DNA of 64,000 nt, taken from contig NC_091986.1 of the NCBI RefSeq assembly GCF_044704955.1, forward strand, positions 3,410,001 to 3,474,000, written 5' to 3'. The position numbers and the translations under genes are program-made. This DNA comes from Pristiophorus japonicus. Lineage: Eukaryota. The first letter of the stretch is position 1; each line of letters starts with the position of its first letter. The notes beneath the pieces are model-generated. The model saw nothing but the letters and a program-made list of their open reading frames with translations. It was not told the DNA's origin and made no database searches. Below are positions 48,511 through 59,430 of this stretch, one piece after another.

Positions 48511-49056
48511 TCGTGGCCCCCCGACCTGTGAGAGAACAGCTCCGCAGGTCGAGCTATAACACAGCTAGAGCGGCGGACCACTTCAACCTCCAGCACGAGC
48601 TGCTCCAAGGATTCTGAGATGGGCGACTGGGTGACGTCATCAAAACCCTGGTCGCCGGTTTGGAGCATGGGCAGGAACATCGGCAGGGCCCTGGTACAGA
48701 GGAGCGGGAAGGTCAGGGCGGAGGAGCGGCCAGTGTTTGTGGCGGAAGTGCGATAGATGAGGGTACAGGGCCCAGAAGAGGCGAGGGCCCAGGGGCAGCA
48801 CGGCCCAGCCCACACTGCGATATGTGTTCGCACTAGGTCCGTGCAGCAGAGCTCGTCTCCAGTCGTCTTGGTTAACCCTGGACCAAGACCTAGCTCTGTC
48901 AAGCCCGTGTGGTGGCTGGTGTGTAAAAAAAATCCATGCACAGGCATCTTCCACCCCTCAATTGGAGTTCAGGACTGGAATATCGGGTGCTTCATTGGAA
49001 CACCTGTGAACTCGTGGAAGCAAGTCATCCCTCATTCGAGGGACCGCTTATGATAT
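48511..49056 (+). mobile_element. Non-autonomous RTE-tailed retroposon, full-length copy 4
   Basis: Same 5' start as copy 1 (GTGGCCC.CGA.C.GTGAGAGAACA); RTE tail; TSD TT(G/A)GGAAAA at 48502-48510 and 49057-49065. Confidence 0.85.
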
Positions 49057-49134
49057 TTAGGAAAAGAGATCAACTTACAAAGTAAATTAAAAACAGACAT
49101 TAGAAAGAACTTCCTTACTCCAAGAACAATGTCA

Positions 49135-49400
49135 GAAAGAAAGACAAACACACAGAAAGACAAAGACTTGGATTTATATAGCGCCTTTCAAGACCACTGA
49201 ATGTCTTAAAGCGCTTTACAGCCACAAGCAGTTTTGGAGTGCAGTGACTGTTGTAATGTGGGAAACGCGGCAGCCGATTTGCACACAGCAAGCTCCCACA
49301 CACAGCAATGTGATAATGACCATATTATTTGTTTTTTTGTTATATTGATTGAGGGATAAATATTGGCCAGGACACCGGGGATAACTCCCCTTTTCTTCTT
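49135..49400 (-). mobile_element. Deu-domain SINE fragment
   Basis: Deu core GGGAGCTTGCTGTGTGCAAATCGGCTGCCGCGTTTCCCACATTACAACAGT on the minus strand; (TCTT)-like tail. Confidence 0.88.
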
Positions 49401-49523
49401 CGTCTGGGACAATATGCCAGGGAAGGTAGCAGAGACCAAACATTGGAGGCATTCAAAAAGAATTAGGCCACTCGAGGAATATTCTTCAATGCGCTGAATG
49501 ACTTTCCCTTGTCCTTGGCAGTT

Positions 49524-49715
49524 CATAGAATGATGCAGCGCAGAAGGCCGCCATTTGGGCCACCGTGACTGTGATGCTGTTCGTTGAACGAACCAATTTC
49601 ACTCCCCTGCTCTTTCCCCAATGCCCTGTATATTTTTTTTCCCTTCAAGTATTTATCCAATTTTCTTTTGAATGTCACTATTGAAACTGCTTCCAGCACC
49701 CTTTAAATTATTTTG
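49524..49715 (-). mobile_element. Decayed CR1/HE1-type 3' fragment
   Basis: CATAGAATGATGCAGCGCAGAAGGCCGCCATT tail/hairpin. Confidence 0.55.
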
Positions 49716-49737
49716 CATCAAAAATCATACTTCTAAT

Positions 49738-50388
49738 ATAAAAGCAAAATACTGCAGATGCTGGAAATTTGAAATAAAAACAGTAAATGCTGGAAATACT
49801 CAGCGGGTCAGGCAGCATCTGTGCAGAGAGAAACAGAGTTAACGTTTCAGGTCGGTGACCCTTTGTCATAACTGGAAAAAGTTAGAGATGAAACAGGTTT
49901 TAAGCAAGTGCAGGGACTGGGGGAAAGGGGGAGGCGAGACAGAAGTGAAGGTCTGTGATAGCTGGATGGCAGGAGAGATTAAATGACAAAGGATATGGTT
50001 GTACAAAGCAAAAGGAGATGGTAATGGGGCAAGTAAAGAAACAAAAGATGGGTGTCGATAGGGTGTAAATGGGAATGGCAGAATCATCAACAGCTGGTGT
50101 GAGACAACATGGGCACGGTGGTTACGACCTGAAATTGTTGAACTCGATGTTGAGTCCAGAAGGCTGTAAAGTGCCTAATGGAAAGATGAGATGCTGTTCC
50201 TCGAGCTTGCATTGAGCTACATTGGAACAGTGCAGGAGGCCGAGGACGGAGAGGTCAGAGTGCGAGTGGGGCGGGGAATTAAAGTGACAGGCGACCGGAA
50301 GCTCGGTCATGCTTACAGACTGAACGCAGGTGTTCCACAAAGCGGTCACCCAATCTACACTTGGTCTCCCCAATGTAGAGGAGTCCGC
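49738..50388 (-). mobile_element. Penelope-like element 3' portion (GIY-YIG C-terminus + pLTR)
   Basis: GLLYIGETKCRLGDRFVEHLR and PVACHFNSPPHS..KLEEQHLIF.LGTLQPSGLN; UTR with hammerhead-like motif. Confidence 0.92.
49837..49873 (-). ncRNA. Degenerate minimal type I hammerhead ribozyme motif of the Penelope element
   Basis: AGTT-ATGACAA-AGGGTC-ACC-GACCT-GAAACGTTA-ACT; stem II, GAAA and palindromic AACGTT intact; CUGANGA has two substitutions. Confidence 0.7.
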
Positions 50389-50617
50389 TACTTCATTAGA
50401 GAAAGACATTTGTTTCTGTAAGACTGAGAACTGTAATGCATGTTCTTGTTACAAATTATACTGCCATTGCCTCAGTGATGGTAGTTTCTGAAAAACAAGG
50501 ACTCGGGTACAGGTATTTCAAAAATCACCATCAGTGTAATTTTTTAAAAATGCAGGTGTTATTGAGGTCTTCAAATCAAAACCATAAGAGTTGTTCCCGA
50601 GGGAGAGATGATATTTA

Positions 50618-51127
50618 GGCCCAGAAACTGCGGTCGGAGGCTTCCCGCGGGCGGATGCCTCCGACATGAAACATTTCCAGGAACTTACCTGGTGGTCCTG
50701 CAGATTCGGAGATGTGGTCCTGGGACGCTACACGTAGGCCTGCGTCGAGCCCCACGTATCCCAGGGGCGTAGGCAATTCGCACCCGTCCCTGGGATCACA
50801 CGGGTCAGCCCAACCAAAGTAGGGCTATTCTCATTCATACTTATGATGATTCCCAAAAACACACAAACACTTAAAATAAATTATTGAAAAAAATTTTGTT
50901 TTTTGTCTTTTAAAAGCCTTGTGCTGATAAAAGCAGGCCTTACGCGATGACATTGTGCATTCGCTGGGCAGGAGTTGGGCAAACCTCACCACCCGCGGAA
51001 GCCCTTCACTTTGGAAATGAGGTGGATCTGTCGAGAGGATTCCTGACCGATCGCAAGTTTCGGGTTTAGGTGCATGTGCTTCGCAGACCTTGCTGCACAC
51101 CTCGTACACGCCCGCAAATTCAGGTCC
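50618..51127. mobile_element. Probable Harbinger-like MITE
   Basis: CpG-rich 510 bp with imperfect TIRs GGCCCAGAAACT / AAATTCAGGTCC. Confidence 0.5.
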
Positions 51128-51674
51128 AGTTTGTTTAATCAGTCCGTTGGCGATGTCTGAGAGCAGTTTGTGGTTTCCAGAGGTGGAAGGTATCAAAATA
51201 GCTTGCAAAATTGAGGGACAAAATAATGTTACAAGAACAGCATTAAAAACTCCTGGGTGTACAGGGAAAAAAGTTAATGCCAGTCCCTCTCAATAAGCAG
51301 AAGGATGCTATTCCTGGCCAGTAGTCTATTTCCTGAGACATACACATTGAACCGCAGAGGTTTACAGCACAGAAAGCCATTCAACCCATTGTATCCATGC
51401 TGATGTTACGCTGGAGAAATCCAAAACTGCCCTACTCTCTCCACAGTCCTGTATCATCCTTTGTTTTAATTTGTGGTCATTCATGTAAAAATAACATCAG
51501 TTCAGCTTTTCTCTCAATTCCTACAGAGATTCAGGTGAAGTGCAAACAATCGCTAAATTTGCTGTTGTGCGAGAGTTCAGGACTTTCGAAGCTGCGCACA
51601 GAGGGATTGAAATTCCTGACAACTAATGTTTGTAATAAAAGGAAACACATGAAAAACACTGTGCTGATTTTTCG

Positions 51675-52000
51675 TAGAAACATAGTGTAATGTCTGTAAG
51701 CTTGTGATGTTTGTAGCTCCACACTTTGGATGTGGACGTATTGTGTACTGCAACTGCAGAGTTAATAATAAACAGAACCAGGCAGATTCCGGAGGCTTCC
51801 GAGAGAGCTGCCTGCCTTGTTAGGAGCTGTGTGTGCTGTGCTCTGTGAATATATCACACATAGAAAATCGGTGCAGGAGTAGGCCATTCGGCACTTCACG
51901 CCTGCACCACCATTCAATAAGATCATGGCTGATCATTCACCTCAGTACCCCTTTCCTGCTTTCTCTCCATACCCCTTGATCCCTTTAGCCGTAAGGGCCA
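51675..52000 (-). mobile_element. CR1 3'-end fragment with a solo LTR in its tail
   Basis: 51859-52000 closely matches the CR1 3' UTR at 24960-25100. Confidence 0.88.
51686..51858 (+). mobile_element. Solo LTR, 173 bp
   Basis: TGTAAT...ATCACA termini; AATAAA; 5 bp TSD CATAG at 51681-51685 and 51859-51863. Confidence 0.8.
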
Positions 52001-52724
52001 CTTTTCTACTATAATTAGCAAAAACAACAATTTTGGTATAACTGTGAGGGATCAGCCCCAGAATGTTTACGGTAAAAGGTGCTCGTGCACACTGTGCCCA
52101 ATTCTTTGATCTGTGCTCCCATCAAGCGAGGCTCCATGGCTGGAGAGGAACTGTAAACATTCTGGAGATAGAGCCCGATATATCAGGCGCTGCAGATTTA
52201 TGTTCCAATTACTGCAAATCCAACAATGCATTCACTTCAAAGTCAGCAACACACGAGGATTATTTTAAGCCCTATATTTCGGCAACATTTGGGATCAGAA
52301 CCAGGATTTGAGACAAGTGATTGGTTTATTTTCGCTGTTGATAGAACATTGATGGTCCATATTATTTCTCGTCCCATTTTACACCTTATAGTTTGCAGAA
52401 ACATGAGGCCATGCAATGTGCAATTAATTATGCAGAAAAATTGGCACTCTCATTTTTCGCTAAAAGAGGAAATGTTATCCCCTGCAAGACATCAAAGCCA
52501 GAGTCCCGTACTAATATTCCATGCAATTCCTGCAAATGACTCGAGGGAGCCAGAAACAACTGCCCAGATTAACTGCAAAGGTTTAATGTGATAGTAAAAA
52601 GGGCTGCATTTTGTTTTCAGGTAAATGTTAAACTCTTCTAAGGTGCCAGTCATGACTCACTGGCAACAGTCTCGCCTTAGAGTCAGAAGATTGTTAGCTG
52701 AGGACTGGTACCAGCAGAGTTAAA

Positions 52725-53128
52725 GAAGAACATATAAGAATTAGGAGCAGGAGTCGGCCATTCGGCCCCTCGAGCCTGCTCCACCATTCAATAAGATCAT
52801 GGCTGATCTTCCACCTCAACTCCACTTTCCTGCATTATCCCCATATCCCTTGATTCCCTGAAAATCCAAAAATCTATCGACCTCTGTCTTCAAGACTGAG
52901 CCTCCACAGCCCTCTGGGGTAGGGAATTCCAAAGATTCGCCACCCTCTGAGTGAAGAAATTCCTCCTCATCTCAGTCCAAAATGGCCGACCCCTTATTCT
53001 GAGACTGTGACCCCTGGTTCGAGACATCCCAGCCCGGGGGAAACATCCTCCCCGCATCTACCCTGTCGAGCCCTGTAAGAATTTTGTATGTTTCAATGAG
53101 ATCACCTCCCATTCTTCTAAACTCTAGA
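52725..53128 (-). mobile_element. CR1 3'-end fragment
   Basis: LEFRRMGGDLIETYKILTGLDRVDAGRMFP; tail at ~52725. Confidence 0.92.
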
Positions 53129-54181
53129 GGCCGATGCTTGGTGCTGGAGACTGCATACATTTTCATAAAGAACAACGAATGTGTCACCAGCACATATTTT
53201 TCCAGCAATATTTCCTGACTGCATGGCTGGAGTGACAAGTCTTTCCATTTCTTTCCGAGATCAGTCACACATTCTGCTGCTTGAAGGTGTCATGTAAGCA
53301 CAATGACGAGTGTGGCTGACTGCTTGCTTTTTGTTCGATGTAATTACAAAGATTTTGTGAACCCAGCAAAAAATAACCTCCACTATTACAATCCACTTAC
53401 ACCGACATTTTGGATTTAAATCCAAATTTCCATGAGAGAAAAACATGGGCCTACATCAGTAAAACTCTAAGCTGGAAACGAATTGAATCAAGCACATTTC
53501 AATGTTGACACATCGTAATCACAGGACAACGCTACACAATTCATATTTCAGGATTATTCATCAATTTCTCTTACTTATATATCCGCTTTTCAACATAATA
53601 TTCTGACATGAGGATTATTCATAAAACGTCTCAATATTTGTTCACTTGACAGAATGATTAACAATATTTGTGCAATCTCTCCTGTCAAATAACAAAAATA
53701 ATACTTGTTCACGATGGCTCAACTGACTGCAGAACAGGAAAGTACCTGGAGTAACAAGTCCCATCCCTATGAAGTCAATCTTCATGCCGGCTAAGTCCCG
53801 AATCCCTTGGCAACTACTCACCTTATGCTCTGTCTCTGGGTAAAAGCTAATTTTTCCAAGAATGGAATTAAAAAGACTAGTCGCTATTGGCCATTTATAT
53901 TTTCCTTAACGAATTAATTTGTCAAACACACCAGGGAACAAGATTTGCCCTCCACAAATAAATTCACTGGGAATGTTTAGTAGCCCTCATTATTGTTTAG
54001 CACTCAGTGTGTACTGGGAGACCAAGGTGTGATGGGATGTTGGCTGATAGCGACAGTGCACCAAAGATGCCAACCACAGTCACACTGCTGTGGTGAGGCC
54101 AGGTGAATCCCCAGAGAGGAGAGGCAAGACCAAACACAGAGGCCAGTGTAATGTCCGCCCTGGTGAGCATGCTCACAGGTT

Positions 54182-55815
54182 TGTAGAGCTGTTGCATTGT
54201 GAGTGGCTCAGCCAGTCATGTGATATTCACAAGACTCAATAAAACCCCAGCCAGTTGGGTTCAGGGGATCCACGATGAGGCAGATGGTTGTGAGCCCGGT
54301 GGACGTATTTCTTCCGCCAGCAGTACAGCCTCAATTATGACACACAGCTCCTGTTTGTGAGCCTGGGGGGAGGGGTGTGTCAGGACCGCCATGTGGGGGC
54401 TGCCTGTCTTTTACCAGGAACTCACCAGGGTCTGGAACAAAGTCGCCACCAAACGCAGCTCTTCACCTTCTGGAGTGGCGGCTGTCTTACAGGAGCCGCT
54501 GCTCAGGAATCTGTACCTCCACGACCGAGGTTTTAGGTGGCAGTCGGACGAGAGGGCTGTGGCTGGTGAGGTGACCAGGGTCAGGGACCTGCTCGATGGC
54601 GGAGGAGCGGGCTGGATGGCGCCAGACGTGTTGGCACGGCGCCGAAACTGGGCCGACGTCCACCGCACGGCCGATGCCATCGAGTCGCTAAAAACAGCTC
54701 TGGCCCTGACTCCGTTAGGTGTGTCGAGGAGGCTCAAGCACGTGGGGAGATCCCGTCCGAACTGACCCCCATCCGGACGAAATTCCTCATCAGCGCCAAG
54801 CCCTGGAACCTCCCTCGGGAGCCGGCGCCTCACAACTTGAGCCTCCTCGGGGAAATCCCCTCCGTGCCTTTCAGTTCTGCGCGGAGGGGTTTCCTGTACA
54901 GGCTGCTCTTGCACACGCTCCATCTTTCCATCTTCGTCTGCCGTCCGGACACGCCATGGTGCACCATTTGCCGTCCGGAGGAGCCGGGGGTCCCCGATGG
55001 AATGCTCTCCACGCAGGAGTCCTCCCTCTATTTATTGGGGACTTGGCCTGGAGGGTGTTGCACGGAGCAGTCCCGTGCAATAAGTTTTTAAGTCGGTTCG
55101 CGGGCTCCCAGGCCGCCTACAATTTCTGCGGTCTGGAGGAGTCCGTGTTCCACGTTTTTATGGGGTGTGCGAGGTTGCAGCCCCTCTTCCAATATTTGAA
55201 GGGGCTGCTCCTCAATTTCGGATTGCACTTCAGTCCCACACTCCTGATCTTTGGACACCCTGTGCGGAGGGGAGCGGGTAGGTCTGAGGGCCTCCTCATA
55301 GGACTGCTCCTGGGCACGGCCAAGGGTGCCATCAGCCGGTCCAGGCAGCGGGCGGTCGAGGGGGTCATTCAGCCCGACTGCCTGCCTCTCTTCCATGCGT
55401 ACATCCCCGCCAGGGTGTCCTTAGAGATGGAGCACGCGGTGTCCACCGGTACGCTCGCGGCCTTCCGTGAGAGGTGGGCGCCGGAGGGACTGGAGTGCAT
55501 CATCACCCCCGGCAACCACATATTAATTTGCCGGTTTTAATGCCCCCACCCTTTTAGCCACAGGGCACTTGTATAATATCTGTTTTACTGCCCTAAAACA
55601 CCACCCCCTCCCCCCAACAAAAGGGTCATTGGAAACATTTTTGGAATGTGACCCCTCCTTGTAGGGGGCATTTGTTTAAAGTGCACAACTAAAATAGTTG
55701 AACTGGTAATGTGTCATGTGATTGTTAAACCTTTTGCTAATAAACCAACTAGTTCTTAATCACAACGTGTTGCGATCAATTCTTAAGCAAAGAACCCATG
55801 AAGCAAATACATTAT
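54182..55815 (+). mobile_element. Probable solo LTR split by Tx1; own pieces 54182-54303 and 55698-55815
   Basis: Starts TGTAG; CAATAAAA and AATAAA motifs; ends TACATTAT (TTACA-like); no TSD found. Confidence 0.45.
54305..55697 (+). mobile_element. 5'-truncated Tx1-clade (L1 group) LINE
   Basis: LPVFYQEL..W, QEPLLRN, VTRVRDLL; zf-RVT region DLAWRVLHGAV..(C)NFCGLEESVFHVFMGC.RLQPLF; stop at 55540. Confidence 0.85.
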
Positions 55816-57500
55816 GGCCGGAACTTTCACAGAGTCGGGGCGGGTGCATGTGTGCTGCAGAGCGAGTCACCACCCTGACGTTTGCAACAGCACATTTTGC
55901 ATTACGCGTTTACCGGAACAGGGTCAAGTGAAAGAGTCAAGCGGGTTTCCCAGCCAATTAAATGGGGCAGGTCGGACAACGTCATCGATGTCTCGTTTTC
56001 AGCTCAGATATTTAAAGGAGACTTGCACACAGCACAGTGAAGGTTGTTGGAGGAGGCATAAACCTGGAAGTCCTGCTCCAAGGAGGCAGAGCACCGAGGG
56101 AGGTCCTAGTCCCAGGCAGTGGCAGAAAGAGACCAGCCACTGAAACCAAGAGGTCATGGCTGGAGAGTGCACAGGAAGCGTGCAGCAAGGATGTTGTCAG
56201 CCGCTCAAGGACACAGTGCCATAAAAGATTTAATGATCTCACGAGGTCAGGAAAGGTGAGTACAATGCCGCACTCAACGACATCCTGATGTGTGAGTCAC
56301 CCCGACGCCATCACTCCTCCTTTCCAAGCCTACTCCTGCACGTCACTCCTCACAGCAACCTACCTTTCATGGTGCATCCATCCCTCTCTGCCTGTACACC
56401 CGCTCACATCCCCATCTGAGCACCCACTACTGACACTCACCCTCAGCCTGATGCAATCCTAGAAAGGGACACCACAGCGGGCGGCCATTTGGCAATGTCA
56501 CGCCCCTCCCTCTGAGTCACCATCTACAGGTGTAACCCATCCATCCCTTGCACCCATTCCATCACTCACTCAAACTTCTCCTCTTTCCCTCCTTATAGGA
56601 GAAGAGAGCCCAGAACAAGAGGGAGGGAACCGGAGGTGGCTCTCTAATATACACTCATTGGACATCAGCAAAGGAGGCTGCACCAGAAATAAGCTGCTGG
56701 CAGTGGGAGAGAGAGACAGAGAGAGGGTGACCTCCCAGAAACCTGCTGACAGAATTAAATATTCCACATGGCATACAACAGTCACTTATGGTGACTGATA
56801 CCAACATCCAGTGAAATATCACCATGTGCATAATAGTAGCGTCACACATTCTTATCATAAGAGGTCTAATTCATGGTTTTACTGTCCCACAGGTCCATCA
56901 AGAGCCCCTCCTCTCCCCCACCCCCCCCCCCCACCCCACTGTCCAGGAGGAAGAGGAAGATGATTCCACAGAGGAGCCTCCAGCCTCTGAGGGTACACCG
57001 TCACCAGACATAAGCACACTCAGCACCAGCACAGAGACACAGACCTCGATGGTCCCACACGAGATAGAGTGTTGTCACCTGCTGTCTCACAACTCACAGG
57101 TGAGCAAGAGCAGGAGGTGGAGACAGGGTCAGCAGTGGAGACCCCTCACCGGAGGACGCAGGACACTCCCAGCTCTGCTCAGCTGGATGTAGATGCAGAA
57201 CCTCGGATGGTATCGACAAAGAGGTTGATCTTGGAGGAGCAGCAACAAATGCGTGAGGCTCTGGCAGCTTTTCCAGCCGCGACATGTGCGATTGTAGAGA
57301 GAATGGAGGAGTCCATCTCCAACATGAGCACCACCATATCGCAGGCACTAGTGATGACATACTGCTCCATGGAAAGGTTGCCCATCTGAAGGGCCAACTA
57401 ATGAGCCACTCCAACGAGAACATGCTTTCTGTGAACAAACAATCGCAGCCTCTTATTGACCCCCTCTCGAGGAGAGAAGTCAGTGTAGACAAGGGTCCTC
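55816..57500 (+). mobile_element. PIF/Harbinger relic with an intron-containing Myb/SANT-like gene
   Basis: TIR-like GGCCGGAACTTT; LEVLLQ..W..AQE.CS..R..TQCHKRFNDL.RSGK|gtgagt...ttatag|EKRAQNKREGTGGG; acidic and coiled-coil downstream parts. Confidence 0.78.
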
Positions 57501-57540
57501 ATGGCCCCACTGCTGTGCAGCAAGACCCCCCTCCCCCCTG

Positions 57541-59430
57541 CCCAGTGATCAGACGCCCCCCCTCCCCCCCAACAGTGATCAGACCCCCCCTCCCCCCCCC
57601 AGTGATCAGACCCCCCCCCAGTGATCAGACCCACCCTCCCTCTCCACAGTGATCAGACGCCCCCCCCCTCCAGTGATCAGACACCCCCCCTCCCCCCCCA
57701 GTGATCAGACCCACCACAGCCCCCGTGATCAGACACCCCCCCCCAATGATCAGACCCCCCCCCAGTGATCAGACCCCCCCTCCCCCCCCCCAGTGATCAG
57801 ACCCCCCTTCCCTCCCCCCCCCAATGATCAGACCCACCCTCCCTCTCCACAGTGATCAGGCGCCCCCCCTCCAGTGATCAGACACCACCCACTACCCCCC
57901 CCCCCCCCCAGTTATCAGACCCCCCTTCCCCGTGATCAGACGCCCCCCCCCCCCAGTGATCAGATGCCCCCCTCAGTGGGGGGCTGCAAAGAGATTTAGA
58001 TAGGTTAAGCGAATGGGCTAAGGTTTGGCAGATGGAATACAATGTCGGAAAATGTGAGGTTATCCACCTTGGGGAAAAAAAACAGTAAAAGGGAATATTA
58101 TTTGAATGGGGAGAAATTACAACATACTGCGGTGCAGAGGGACCTGGGGGTCATTGTGCATGAATCCCAAAAAGTTAGTTTGCAGGTGCAGGTAATCAGG
58201 AAGGCGAATGGAATGTTGGCCTTCATTGCGAGAGGGATGGAGTACAAAAGCAGGGAGGTCCTGCTGCAACTGTATAGGGTATTGGTGAGGCCGCACCTGG
58301 AGTACTGCGTGCAGTTTTGGTCACCTTACTTAAGGAAGGATATACTGGCTTTGGAGGGGGTACAGAGACGATTCACTCGGCTGATTCCAGAGATGAGGGG
58401 GTTACCTTATGATGATAGATTGAGTAGACTGGGTCTTTACTCGTCGGAGTTCAGAAGGATGAGGGGTGATCTTATAAAAACATTCAAAATAATGAAAGGG
58501 ATAGACAAGATAGAGGCAGAGAGGTTGTTTCCACTGGTCGGGGAGACTAGAGCTAGGGGGCACAGCCTCAAAATACGGGGGAGCCAATTTAAAACCGAGT
58601 TGAGAAGGAATTTCTTCTCCCAGAGGGTTGTGAATCTGTGGAATTCTCTGCCCAAGGAAGCAGTTGAGGCTAGCTCATTGAATATATTCAAGTCACAGAT
58701 AGATAGATTTTTAACCAATAAGGGAATTAAGGGTTACGGGGAGCGGGCGGGTAAGTGGAGCTGAGTCCACGGCTAGATCAGCCATGATCTTGTTGAATGG
58801 CGGAGCAGGCTCGAGGGGCTAGATGGTCTACTCCTGTTCCTAATTCTTACGTTCTTATGTTTTCCCCGTCCCCCAGTGATCAGACACCCCCTCCCCTCCC
58901 CCCCCACCCCCCCCGTGAACAGATGCCCTCCCCCTCCCCCCCCGCCCAGTGATCAGACACCGCCCCCCCCGCCCCCGGTGATCAGGCCCCCTAGTGATCA
59001 GACCTCCTCCCCCCACCCCACCAGTGATCAGACACCCCTCCCCCCCCAATGATCAGACACCCCCTCCCCCCATCTCCCAGTGATCAAACCCCCCCCCCCG
59101 CCCCCGGTGATCAGACCCCCCAGTGATCAGACCCCAGCTCCCCCCCCAGTGATCAGACCTCCTCCCCCCCCCCGCAGTGATCAGACCCCCCTCCCCCCAG
59201 TGATCAGACCCCCCTCCCCCCCACCAGTGATCAGAACCCCCCTTCCCCCCCAGTGATCAGACCCCCCTCCCCCCCACCAGTGATCAGAACCCCCCTACCC
59301 CCCTAGTGATCAGACGCCCCCCCCCCCACCCCCAAGTGATCAGACCACCCCTCCTCCCCCCCCCCCCCCATTGATCAGACGCCCCCTCCTCCCCCCACTC
59401 CTTCCCCCACTCCCCAGCAATCAGACGCCC
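57541..59430. repeat. C-rich minisatellite CAGTGATCAGAC+(C)n, about 37 units, split by a CR1
   Basis: About 17 units in 57541-57978 and about 20 in 58872-59430 (hand count). Confidence 0.92.
57979..58860 (+). mobile_element. Young 5'-truncated CR1 inside the minisatellite
   Basis: 240 aa open ORF2 C-terminus 58042-58764; TTCTTACGTTCTTATGT tail. Confidence 0.95.

Noticed and set aside
53817-53850. Minus-strand micro-exon ending AAG|GTGAGT
   Set aside because: Good donor but ambiguous acceptor (14 or 25 nt); cannot be supported from sequence alone
57541-59430. CRISPR-like repeat/spacer array
   Set aside because: The 12 bp core is too short and the 'spacers' are low-complexity C-runs
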